Shown here in pieces: positions 35,252-44,430 of a stretch of 64,000 nucleotides of DNA. A model generated the notes under the pieces. It was not told where the DNA came from. It did no database searches and saw only the letters and a list, made by a program, of their open reading frames with translations. The stretch is from Minisyncoccia bacterium (GTDB lineage: Bacteria; Patescibacteriota; Minisyncoccia; Phycocordibacterales; UBA9973): NCBI GenBank assembly GCA_049287305.1, contig JBAQFO010000014.1, positions 453-64,452 of the forward strand. The letters run 5' to 3'. A program made the translations under genes and the position numbers. The stretch's first letter is position 1. Each line of letters opens with the position of its first letter.

Positions 35252-37054
35252 ATGGAAATACGAAACATAGCAATTATAGCTCACGTGGACCATGGCAAGA
35301 CGACCTTGACCGATGCTTTAATGAAGCAAAATGGAGGACTTCAAGAAGAGGGAGTGTCTATGGATTCCAACGACTTGGAAAAAGAGCGTGGCATTACCAT
35401 TTATTCCAAAAATACATCCATCTACTATAAGGATACTAAAATAAATATAGTTGATACTCCCGGTCATGCCGATTTCGGGTCCGAAGTTGAGCGGGTTCTT
35501 CGCGCCATTGACTCCGTGCTTCTTCTTGTGGATGCCGTAGAAGGCCCAATGCCACAAACTAGATTCGTTTTGAAAAAATCTTTGGAACTTGGGCTCAAGC
35601 CGATAGTAGTGATAAACAAGATAGACAAGCCCGCGGCGGATGCCCACCGGGTGCACGAAGAAGTTTTGGAATTATTTTTTGAGCTTGGCGCTAACGAAGA
35701 CCAGGCAAATTTTGAAACAATTTACGCTATCGGGCGTGACGGCAAAGCGATGAAGAGTTTGACTGATGATTCTGCTGACCTTTCTCCGCTTCTGGATTTA
35801 ATTCTTGAAAAGGTTCCCGCCGCTTCGCTCAACAACGAAGGAAAAATGTCAGCCCAGGTATTTAATTTAGGATATGATAATTTCTTGGGCAGAATGGCTG
35901 TGGCCCGAATTTACTCCGGTAAAGTTGTATCGGGAGCGACGGTTTTTATTAAAGGAGAAAACGGAACACGAAAAGGAAAAATAACAAAACTATTTTCATT
36001 TGAAGGAATCACCAGAAAAGAAACAGATTCAGCCGTATCGGGAGACATTGTTTTGTTGGCGGGTATTCCGGATATTTATATCGGAGAAACTATTTGTGAA
36101 GATGAAAGCGTTGAACCACTTCCTCACATTGCCATTGACGAGCCCACACTATCCCTTAATTTCTTGGTCAACGATTCTCCGTTCGCGGGAAAGGAGGGAA
36201 AGTTCGTTACTTCCAGGCAGATAAAAGAAAGATTGGAAAAAGAATTGGAAATTAACGTGGGGCTTAAAGTTGATTTTTCTCCCGACCAGGGAGACAGCAA
36301 GGGCGGACCTTCCTTCTTTAAGGTCTATGGACGAGGGGAGCTGCATGTGGCCATATTACTTGAAAACATGAGAAGAGAAGGATTTGAAATGCAGGTTTCC
36401 CAGCCCGAAGTTATCGTTAAAGACGTAGAGGGGGTTAAGAGCGAACCTTACGAAGAGCTGGTTATAGACGTGCCAATGGAGTTTTCGGGCGCCGTTATTG
36501 AAAAGATTGGCAAGCGCCGAGGAATCATGAAAGATATGGTAGAAAAGCAAGGAATTGCAAGGGTTATTTTCGATATTCCAACCCGGGGATTGTTGGGTTA
36601 CAGAGGGGAATTTATAATAGATACTAAAGGAGAAGGGATAATGTCTTCTCGGGTAACCGGTTTCAAAGAATACGCGGGAGAGATTAAAAAAAGAGAATAC
36701 GGGTCTATGACATCCATGGTGGCGGGCAAGGCAGTAGCCTTTTCCCTTGCAAATTTACAAGAACGTGGTATATTGTATATAGGTCACGGAACAGAAGTGT
36801 ATGAGGGGATGGTTGTCGGTAATGTTTTGAAAGGAGAGGACATGGCGGTGAATCCCACAAAAGGAAAGCAACTTACCAACATGCGAGCTTCAGGAACCGA
36901 CGAAGCCATAACCCTGAATCCTGTTTTTATCTTAAGTATAGAGAGAGGGTTGGAGGTAATGAACGGAGACGAATACTTGGAAGTCACTCCGCTGTCCGTT
37001 AGGCTTCGCAAGAAATATCTTACCGAATTAGACAGAGTAAAATCAAAGAGATAG
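35252..37054 (+). CDS. typA: Translational GTPase TypA/BipA.
   Basis: IRNIAIIAHVDHGKTTLTDALM, DTPGHADF, NKIDKP. 600 aa. EF-G-like domain order. Confidence 0.9.
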   Translation: MEIRNIAIIAHVDHGKTTLTDALMKQNGGLQEEGVSMDSNDLEKERGITIYSKNTSIYYKDTKINIVDTPGHADFGSEVERVLRAIDSVLLLVDAVEGPMPQTRFVLKKSLELGLKPIVVINKIDKPAADAHRVHEEVLELFFELGANEDQANFETIYAIGRDGKAMKSLTDDSADLSPLLDLILEKVPAASLNNEGKMSAQVFNLGYDNFLGRMAVARIYSGKVVSGATVFIKGENGTRKGKITKLFSFEGITRKETDSAVSGDIVLLAGIPDIYIGETICEDESVEPLPHIAIDEPTLSLNFLVNDSPFAGKEGKFVTSRQIKERLEKELEINVGLKVDFSPDQGDSKGGPSFFKVYGRGELHVAILLENMRREGFEMQVSQPEVIVKDVEGVKSEPYEELVIDVPMEFSGAVIEKIGKRRGIMKDMVEKQGIARVIFDIPTRGLLGYRGEFIIDTKGEGIMSSRVTGFKEYAGEIKKREYGSMTSMVAGKAVAFSLANLQERGILYIGHGTEVYEGMVVGNVLKGEDMAVNPTKGKQLTNMRASGTDEAITLNPVFILSIERGLEVMNGDEYLEVTPLSVRLRKKYLTELDRVKSKR

Positions 37055-37094
37055 AACAAAAAAGTAGAAAAAATTAACAATAAAAAACATAATT

Positions 37095-38126
37095 ATGCCA
37101 ACAATATCTTTCAAGCCAAAAAAAATAACAAAGAAAATAACTTCTCATCTTCCTGAGAGGGCATCCGATGTAATAATGAATCGTTTTGGTTTGACGGAAG
37201 ACGGCAAGAAAAAAACCCTGGAAGAGATTGGTAAAAAATACAACATCACAAGAGAGCGTGTCCGCCAGGTTGAAGAAGCGGCGTTGGCGCTTATTAAGAA
37301 ATCAGGAGCCTATAAAGCCGAGCAAGCCGTTTTTGAAGAGCTTAGATTGTTAATCCACAAGCTGGGCGCAATTGTTGCCGAGCACGAATTACTTTCATAT
37401 ATATCAAAAGATAAAGATACTCAGAATCATGTGCAATTTTTACTGGAGCTTGGAGATTCTTTTAAGAAACACAGAGAGAACGAACATTTTCATGTTCGCT
37501 GGAGCGTGGATGATGAAATGACCGATAAGATTCATGACGCCCTAAGGAAACTTTATGGGTCTTTGAAAGATGAGGACCTTATTCCGGAAACAGAAATGAT
37601 TAAAAAGTTTTTTGACCACATGAAAGATGTCTCGGAAATATACAGAGACGACGAAATAATAAAAAGATGGCTGTCCATGTCCAAAACAGTCGCCAAGAAT
37701 CCTTTGGGGGAATGGGGCAAGGCAACTTCTCCGAACATTCGAACGCGCGGAGTAAAAGACTACGCCTTTTTGGTTATGAGACGCCATGGCTCGCCTATGC
37801 ATTTTAAGGAAGTTGCTGACGCGATTTCTAAAACTTTCGGCAAGAAGACCCACTACGCTACCTGCCATAACGAACTCATCAAAGATTCCCGCTTTATCTT
37901 GGTAGGCCGAGGCATGTATGCTCTTTCAGAGTGGGGTTACAAGGTAGGTATTGCAAGAGAAGTAATACAGGATATCCTGAAAAGAGAAGGAAAGCCTCTT
38001 CCGAAAGATGAGATTGTGAAAAGAGTTATGAAAGAAAGATATTTCAAGAAAAACACTATTCTTGTTAACTTGGCAAACCCTAAATATTTCAAGAAGAACA
38101 AAAACGGACTTTATTCCGTATCTTAG
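37095..38126 (+). CDS. Sigma-70 region-4-like HTH domain protein with a roughly 270-aa uncharacterised C-terminal extension.
   Basis: N-terminal TLEEIGKKYNITRERVRQVEEAALALIKK matches the sigma70 region 4.2 consensus. No region 2 is present. Confidence 0.45.
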   Translation: MPTISFKPKKITKKITSHLPERASDVIMNRFGLTEDGKKKTLEEIGKKYNITRERVRQVEEAALALIKKSGAYKAEQAVFEELRLLIHKLGAIVAEHELLSYISKDKDTQNHVQFLLELGDSFKKHRENEHFHVRWSVDDEMTDKIHDALRKLYGSLKDEDLIPETEMIKKFFDHMKDVSEIYRDDEIIKRWLSMSKTVAKNPLGEWGKATSPNIRTRGVKDYAFLVMRRHGSPMHFKEVADAISKTFGKKTHYATCHNELIKDSRFILVGRGMYALSEWGYKVGIAREVIQDILKREGKPLPKDEIVKRVMKERYFKKNTILVNLANPKYFKKNKNGLYSVS

Positions 38127-38193
38127 AATTAGTTCTTGTTAGTTAAAAGCCGAAAGGCTTTGTTTTTGAGTGTGTTTGTATTAAAATATAAGA

Positions 38194-39603
38194 ATGGCAG
38201 ACGCAGCACCTAAGAGTGGAATTGATACTTTTTTTGACACCCTAAAAGCTTACTGGCCATTTTTTGCCATACTAATTCTGGGATATTTAGCGCTCACGTA
38301 TAATCCCGTAGCTCTTTTGCTGTATAAAATATTTTTAGCAGTATTACCATTTGCTTTACTTATAGGTCTTGGGCGCATCGCCTGGATAGTCTGGGTGCAT
38401 TATGTCCAGCAGGATTTTATCTCGGGGATAGATTTTGTTCTGCTTGAGATAGTTCCACCCAGGGAAGTTTTGCGTAGTCCGAAAGCCATGGAATTGTTTT
38501 TTACCAACGCTCTTTATCATTTCAGCTATAAAGGAGGCAGGGAAGAATTCTGGCAAGGAGCAGTGTGGTTTTGGTTTTCTTTAGAGATAGCGTCCATAGA
38601 CGGACAAGTTCATTTTTATATACGAACGCCGACGCGTGTCAGAGAGCTGATTGAAACTCAAATGTATGCACAATATCCGCAAGCTCAGGTGAAGGCGGTG
38701 GAAGACTACACTTTGGCCGTGGATGAAATATCTCCCGAGAGCGACTGGAACGCGTGGGGGTGCGAATTGGATCTCTTGAAGCCCGAAGTATATCCTGTAA
38801 AAACTTACGTTGATTTCGGTCTTGATAAAGACCCGAAAGAAGAATATAAAGTTGACCCGATTTCTCCAATAATAGAATTTTTCGGGTCTTTAAAAAAAGG
38901 AGAGCAGGGCTGGATGCAGATTGTCATTACTCCTTCCAAGAAAGTGTATCGTGAAAAAGGAACTTGGTTTAAGAAACATGATTGGGTTGCCGAGGCAAGA
39001 ATCCAAATGGATAAATTTTTGGAGCCTTATACCAAATACAACGAAAACAAATTAAAGCCGGGAGAATACACCAAGGAAATTCGTTCTCCGGGTTTCTTGG
39101 ATAATGTTATTAAAGGTATGGCCTCAAAGACAGGGAAGCTCGGGTTTGATACCGGCATTAGGGTAATGTATGTGGCAAAGAAAGAAGTGTACGATATGAA
39201 TAACCGCAGAAATATTCGTCTTATTTGGCGTCAATACGACAAACCTGATTGTAATGGATTCACTCGTGTTAACGCAACACAAGGAGATGCCTTCAACTCT
39301 TCATGGTTTGGTCTATCCACTAAGGATGTGATGATCTTAGCGGAACGAATGCTTCACGAATACAGAGAGCGCGGATTTTTCCACTTACCGCTTCGGCATA
39401 TTATAAATAACCACTCTCTTCCTAAGCCCGTTTTACTTATTGTAAAAAGATTTTTCTTGCCGTATTTTCATCCGCCAACTTATGTTTTAAATGTTGAAGA
39501 GCTGGCGACACTATGGCATTTCCCTGGTCAGATATTGAAAGTTCCTACTTTGGAGCGAATAGAATCCAAAGAAGCTTCTCCTCCTACGAATTTACCTACA
39601 TAA
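38194..39603 (+). CDS. Membrane protein of unknown function.
   Basis: Two N-terminal TM helices then a large soluble domain. 469 aa. Confidence 0.3.
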   Translation: MADAAPKSGIDTFFDTLKAYWPFFAILILGYLALTYNPVALLLYKIFLAVLPFALLIGLGRIAWIVWVHYVQQDFISGIDFVLLEIVPPREVLRSPKAMELFFTNALYHFSYKGGREEFWQGAVWFWFSLEIASIDGQVHFYIRTPTRVRELIETQMYAQYPQAQVKAVEDYTLAVDEISPESDWNAWGCELDLLKPEVYPVKTYVDFGLDKDPKEEYKVDPISPIIEFFGSLKKGEQGWMQIVITPSKKVYREKGTWFKKHDWVAEARIQMDKFLEPYTKYNENKLKPGEYTKEIRSPGFLDNVIKGMASKTGKLGFDTGIRVMYVAKKEVYDMNNRRNIRLIWRQYDKPDCNGFTRVNATQGDAFNSSWFGLSTKDVMILAERMLHEYRERGFFHLPLRHIINNHSLPKPVLLIVKRFFLPYFHPPTYVLNVEELATLWHFPGQILKVPTLERIESKEASPPTNLPT

Positions 39604-39606
39604 TTT

Positions 39607-40533
39607 ATGGAAAATTTTCCTTCCCCAGCCGACTTTGGAGACTTAGAGCCTAAGGTTAAAAGAAAGAATGTGTTATATGCCCTTGGTGGAATAATCTTTA
39701 TCGTTGCATGTTATTTCTTTTTCTTAAGCGCGCCGATGGGGTTTCCGAGAGGAGTTACTTTCTCGGTAGAGAAAGGGGCGAGTCTGCAGAGCGTTTCCGG
39801 CAATCTAAAAAGAGAAAATATCATCCGTTCAAGAGTTGTCTTTGAATTTTTTGTGATAATGCTCGGTAAGGAAAAGAGTTTAGTGTCGGCCGATTATTTT
39901 TTTAATAGAAAATTGCCGGTTTTTGAAATAGCCAGGCGCATTGGCGCGGGAGTGCATAGCACGGCACCGGTTTCTGTGACAATTCCAGAAGGTTTTGACA
40001 CGAAACAAATAGGAGACACTTTCGCTTTGAAATTGGCGGATTTCAACAAAGAGGAATTTTTGATAAAAGCAAAAGATATGGAAGGCTACCTTTTCCCAGA
40101 CACTTATTTTTTTCTTACAAACGCTGACGAAGAAGTTGTGTTGAAGTCCATGCGCTCCAATTTCACCAAAAAGCTAGCAGAGCTTGTCTCTGAAATTTCT
40201 ACATCCGGCAAAACCGAAAAAGACATAATTATCATGGCTTCCATAGTTGAAAGAGAGGCAAAAGGGGATGACGACCGAGAAGTCATCTCTGGAATTTTGT
40301 GGAAAAGAATTTCTATCGGTATGCCTCTTCAGGCGGACGCTGCCCCCGATACTTATAAAACAAAAGGATTACCCGAAAGTCCCGTAGCTAATCCCGGGTT
40401 GGAATCAATTAAAGCGGCTATTTCTCCGGAAAGCTCTCCGTTTCTTTATTATCTGCATGATAAAAATGGCGACATTCATTACGCGAAGAATTTTATCGAA
40501 CATAAAGCCAATATAAATAAATATTTAAGATAA
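39607..40533 (+). CDS. mltG: Endolytic murein transglycosylase MltG (YceG family).
   Basis: N-terminal TM, then IPEGFDTKQIGD, EGYLFPDTYFF and ASIVEREA, the characteristic YceG motifs. 308 aa. Confidence 0.8.
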   Translation: MENFPSPADFGDLEPKVKRKNVLYALGGIIFIVACYFFFLSAPMGFPRGVTFSVEKGASLQSVSGNLKRENIIRSRVVFEFFVIMLGKEKSLVSADYFFNRKLPVFEIARRIGAGVHSTAPVSVTIPEGFDTKQIGDTFALKLADFNKEEFLIKAKDMEGYLFPDTYFFLTNADEEVVLKSMRSNFTKKLAELVSEISTSGKTEKDIIIMASIVEREAKGDDDREVISGILWKRISIGMPLQADAAPDTYKTKGLPESPVANPGLESIKAAISPESSPFLYYLHDKNGDIHYAKNFIEHKANINKYLR

Positions 40534-40537
40534 GAGC

Positions 40538-41065
40538 ATGAGAAAACACAATTTCGCATTTATTGACATAGAAGCTACGGGGTTAAACATGCTACAGCAT
40601 GAAATAATTGAAATTGGCTGTGTTCTAACCACACCCCTGCTTGAAGTTGTAGAAGAATTTGAATTGAAAATAAAACCCGAACACATAGAGACCGCGGATA
40701 AGGCAGCGCTTAAGGTAAATCATTACAAGCCGGAGGACTGGGAAGAAGCAATGAGTTTAACCACGGCTATTAAAATTTTTTCTAAAAAAGTAAAAAATAC
40801 CATAATGGTGGGACATAACGTGGCTTTTGACGCCGGGTTTTTGGAATATGCTTTTAATAAAACTGAGATACAAAATACCATGCATTATCATAAGCTTGAT
40901 ACTATTTCCGTGGCTTGGGCCAAACTTCATCGGGACCCGAATTTAGAACATTTTTCCTTGCGCGAACTTTGTGTGCGTTTTGGGATAAAAAATAAGCGCG
41001 CCCACTCAGCTCTTTCTGACGCGCAAGCCACTTTTGAACTTTACAAAAAACTTCTGGAACTATAA
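40538..41065 (+). CDS. DEDDh 3'-5' exonuclease (DnaQ/epsilon-like).
   Basis: Exo I FAFIDIEATGL, Exo II GHNVAFDAGFL, Exo III HSALSDAQAT. 175 aa. Confidence 0.8.
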   Translation: MRKHNFAFIDIEATGLNMLQHEIIEIGCVLTTPLLEVVEEFELKIKPEHIETADKAALKVNHYKPEDWEEAMSLTTAIKIFSKKVKNTIMVGHNVAFDAGFLEYAFNKTEIQNTMHYHKLDTISVAWAKLHRDPNLEHFSLRELCVRFGIKNKRAHSALSDAQATFELYKKLLEL

Positions 41066-41109
41066 CTTTCTTGTAGTAAAAAGGCTTATTTTGTTGTATT
41101 ATCTGGTTA

Positions 41110-41523
41110 ATGAAGCCAATTGAATTTATATTTATCTTGAACTTAATGTTGCTTGCCGCAGATCATCTTTTTACTGGAACGCTAGCATTATTCTTTCCTA
41201 AAATAGGAATTAGAATTTACAAAAAGCTATTTGGAGCAGATATTCCTGAAACAAGAGAGTATCTTGTTATACTCAAACCATGTGGCTCGCTCGGTATTTT
41301 TGCCGGGTTGGTAGGACTACTTCCAATTTTTGATCCCAAAAGATATATTTTTATACTTATGGCATTAGCTACGCTGCTTTTAACGAGACTCACGTATCGC
41401 TTAAAATTTCAAAAAGAAGCCACATTGTCTCTAAAACTTTCTCCAAAGAGAAACCTTTTTCATGTTGGTCTTATATTAGTTTGCGCTTCTATTATGATTG
41501 CACAAATCAGCCACCTTCTTTAG
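41110..41523 (+). CDS. Small multi-TM membrane protein, hypothetical.
   Basis: 137 aa, 4 predicted TM. Confidence 0.3.
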   Translation: MKPIEFIFILNLMLLAADHLFTGTLALFFPKIGIRIYKKLFGADIPETREYLVILKPCGSLGIFAGLVGLLPIFDPKRYIFILMALATLLLTRLTYRLKFQKEATLSLKLSPKRNLFHVGLILVCASIMIAQISHLL

Positions 41524-41957
41524 CTTGTCGCCGTAGAGTATTCACGAGGTCTAAAATATAAAAGAGCTACTAAAAGAACCGCGATAGGTATTATCACTTG
41601 TAGATTTCTTGCGGCGGTTGTTTGGAATGTTTCATTAATTAAGTCAAAAAATACAAGTCGCTGAATAATTCTAATTCCAAAAAGAGTTATTGGCAGCCAA
41701 ACCAAGTTGCGATACTGAACAGGTTTCCAAGCAAGTAAGGCCATAGCAATGGAAAACACTATCATGTATGCAGATATAAATTTTGCAAGATACAAGAACT
41801 GGTTATTGATTTCAGGAAATACGCCATAAACGCTATTTATCACTCTTGTAATCAAATTACTACTGCCGAAAATCCCGATCAAAGCTAGTATAAAATGATA
41901 TGCCGAAATAAATCCTGCTAAGAACTTAAAAACCTTAAGTGATGTTTGAGATTGCAT
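41520..41957 (-). CDS. Small multi-TM membrane protein, hypothetical.
   Basis: 145 aa, 4 predicted TM. Convergent with the previous gene. Confidence 0.3.
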   Translation of the reverse strand: MQSQTSLKVFKFLAGFISAYHFILALIGIFGSSNLITRVINSVYGVFPEINNQFLYLAKFISAYMIVFSIAMALLAWKPVQYRNLVWLPITLFGIRIIQRLVFFDLINETFQTTAARNLQVIIPIAVLLVALLYFRPREYSTATS

Positions 41958-42003
41958 ATGAATGTTATTTTACAAATAGGGATAATACAGCTATTATAAC
42001 ACA

Positions 42004-43137
42004 ATGAAAAAAAGAGGGGATCTACCTAAAAACCAAATAGTATTTGTAGGACTCTCGGGTGGAGTAGACAGCGCCGTATCGGCTGCCGTGCTTAAGAGGC
42101 AAGGCTTTGAAGTCGTGGGAGTCTTTATAAAAACATGGCATCCGGATTTTCTGGAATGCAACGAAGAAGACGAGCGCCGAGACGCAATGCGGGTGGCAGC
42201 TTTTTTAGATATTCCTTTTCTGACTTTTAATTTTGAAGATGTTTATAAAAAAGAGGTGGCGGATTACATGATTCGCGAATATAAGGCTGGCCGAACGCCA
42301 AACCCGGATGTTATGTGCAACAAAGAAGTAAAATTCGGCGCATTTCTAAAGAGGGCTCTTTCCATGGGAGCGGACTTTGTTGCGACCGGACACTACGCGA
42401 GAGTGAGCGAAGAAAGGATAAATTTTTCTCGGGAATATCCTGCTTCGCATCGTCACCACTCGAAAAGTTTATTCTTTCTTCGCCAAGGCAAAGATTCCTT
42501 AAAAGACCAAAGTTATTTTCTTTGGACCCTAAATCAGGAGCAGCTTTCAAAGATTATTTTTCCGGTAGGAAATTTAAAAAAGACAGAAGTCCGAAAGATG
42601 GCTAAAAAATTTAAATTACCTGTTGCGGAGAAAAAAGATAGCCAGGGGATATGTTTCCTGGGGGAAATAGATTTGAAAGAATTTTTGAAACACTACATTA
42701 AAGAAAAGAGAGGGAAGGTTGTAAATGAAGAAGGGGATGAAATAGGATTCCACGAGGGGGCAGTTTTTCATACCCTCGGGGAAAGGCGCGGATTTACAAT
42801 CACAAAAAAGAGCCCGCAAGATAAGCCACATTATATAGCTGGCAAAGATATAAAGAAGAATGTTTTGATAGTCTCACAAAATAAAGAGACAAATCATTCC
42901 GGTATTCTTAAAAATATCAGAATAGAAAACACGAATTGGGTCTCCGAAATTGCTGACCCGGCGAAAAAGTATACAGCCCAGGTAAGATATCATGGGGAAC
43001 AATTTCCGTGCTCGGTTAAAATTATTTCTAAAACAGAAGCCGAAGTTGTGTTCAACGCTCCTGTCGTCGTAGCTTCGGGGCAATCTGTGGTTGTGTATGA
43101 TGAGAATGTTTGTCTGGGGGGCGGAGTAGTTGCGTAG
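42004..43137 (+). CDS. mnmA: tRNA-specific 2-thiouridylase MnmA.
   Basis: PP-loop VFVGLSGGVDSAV, the catalytic Cys region PNPDVMCNKEVKF and the GHYAR motif. 377 aa. Confidence 0.85.
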   Translation: MKKRGDLPKNQIVFVGLSGGVDSAVSAAVLKRQGFEVVGVFIKTWHPDFLECNEEDERRDAMRVAAFLDIPFLTFNFEDVYKKEVADYMIREYKAGRTPNPDVMCNKEVKFGAFLKRALSMGADFVATGHYARVSEERINFSREYPASHRHHSKSLFFLRQGKDSLKDQSYFLWTLNQEQLSKIIFPVGNLKKTEVRKMAKKFKLPVAEKKDSQGICFLGEIDLKEFLKHYIKEKRGKVVNEEGDEIGFHEGAVFHTLGERRGFTITKKSPQDKPHYIAGKDIKKNVLIVSQNKETNHSGILKNIRIENTNWVSEIADPAKKYTAQVRYHGEQFPCSVKIISKTEAEVVFNAPVVVASGQSVVVYDENVCLGGGVVA

Positions 43138-43909
43138 AATTTGTTATAATTTAATTATGTATAAAGCTCTAATTTTAGACCTAGATGGAACGACAATCCC
43201 TAACAGAAGGGATGGAATGCCCTCACGGCGAGTAATGGAGATTATCTCAAAAATAAAAGACAGGGTGCATGTCTGTGCTGCAACTGGTCGGGGAATTAGT
43301 TTGGCTGGGCATATAATAAAAGAGCTTGGATTAACTGCCCCATGTATTGTAAATGGTGGAACTAGAATTATTGACCCTGTAACTGAAAAGATTTTATGGG
43401 AAAAAGATATGACTAAATCTCAAGTTGAAAAAATTCTCGAGATTGCCAAGGAATATCAATACAATGTTTTTGTTGGCGATGATACCGAGGGGTCGTTGGC
43501 TAAATATAAAATTACCAACAGGGATGAGAGGATAATATATATTGAACCCGTAAGTAAAGAAGATACTGAAGTTATTCTTTACAAACTTAGTAAGATACCG
43601 GGCATTATTGCACACAAAGTAATTTCTTGGACAGAGAATCATTTTGACATTCATGTTACCCACAAAGAAGCAACTAAACGTCACTCCATGGAAATGCTTC
43701 TTGACTTGCTGAAGGTTCACAAAGACGAGGTAATAGCAGCCGGGGATAGTAATAATGACTTGCCGCTATTTGAATTGGCTGGCTATAAGATTGCCATGGG
43801 GAATGGGTCAGATGAACTAAAAAGCAAAGCTGACATAATTGCACCCACGGTTGGAGAGGATGGACTGGCCGTTATATTGGAAAAATTACTGGAAGAAGGA
43901 AAAATCTAA
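43130..43909 (+). CDS. Cof-type HAD-family hydrolase; likely true start Met43157.
   Basis: Motif I ILDLDGT and motif IV GDSNNDLPLF. 259 aa. Confidence 0.75.
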   Translation: MRRICYNLIMYKALILDLDGTTIPNRRDGMPSRRVMEIISKIKDRVHVCAATGRGISLAGHIIKELGLTAPCIVNGGTRIIDPVTEKILWEKDMTKSQVEKILEIAKEYQYNVFVGDDTEGSLAKYKITNRDERIIYIEPVSKEDTEVILYKLSKIPGIIAHKVISWTENHFDIHVTHKEATKRHSMEMLLDLLKVHKDEVIAAGDSNNDLPLFELAGYKIAMGNGSDELKSKADIIAPTVGEDGLAVILEKLLEEGKI

Positions 43910-43948
43910 TATGTTGAATAAATAAAGCTCAACATATATAATGTAATT

Positions 43949-44422
43949 ATGGAACAATTTTTTACGCAAAATAGTGAAATTATTTTAAGACTAATGGTTG
44001 CTGTGGTGCTTGGACTTTTGGTGGGCATGGAAAGGTTTATTGTTCATAAAGATGCGGGGATGAAAACACACGCGCTGGTTTCTTTGGGGTCTGCTGTTTT
44101 TGTTTTGGTCTCTGAAGCGTTGGTGCAAAAATATATCAACCTTCCCGGACTTAATCCAAGCATGATTCCCGCCCAAATAGTTGTCGGTATCGGATTTTTG
44201 GGAGCTGGGTCAATAATGCTTTACGGTTCTCAGCTAAGAGGGCTTACCACTGCTGGGGGGCTTTGGGTTACGGCGGGAATTGGTATGGCAGCCGGTTTCG
44301 GGCTTTATAGCCTGGCGTCAATAGTAACAATATTAGTGCTCTTAATATTGATTTTGGTAAATATTATTGAAAAGCCAATTAGAAAAATCTCGGGAAACAT
44401 AGACCAGCCAGACAATAGCTAA
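43949..44422 (+). CDS. mgtC: MgtC/SapB-family membrane protein.
   Basis: VVLGLLVGMERFIVHKDAGMKTHALVSLGSA matches the MgtC N-terminal signature. 157 aa. Confidence 0.7.
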   Translation: MEQFFTQNSEIILRLMVAVVLGLLVGMERFIVHKDAGMKTHALVSLGSAVFVLVSEALVQKYINLPGLNPSMIPAQIVVGIGFLGAGSIMLYGSQLRGLTTAGGLWVTAGIGMAAGFGLYSLASIVTILVLLILILVNIIEKPIRKISGNIDQPDNS

Positions 44423-44430
44423 GTAAAAAT

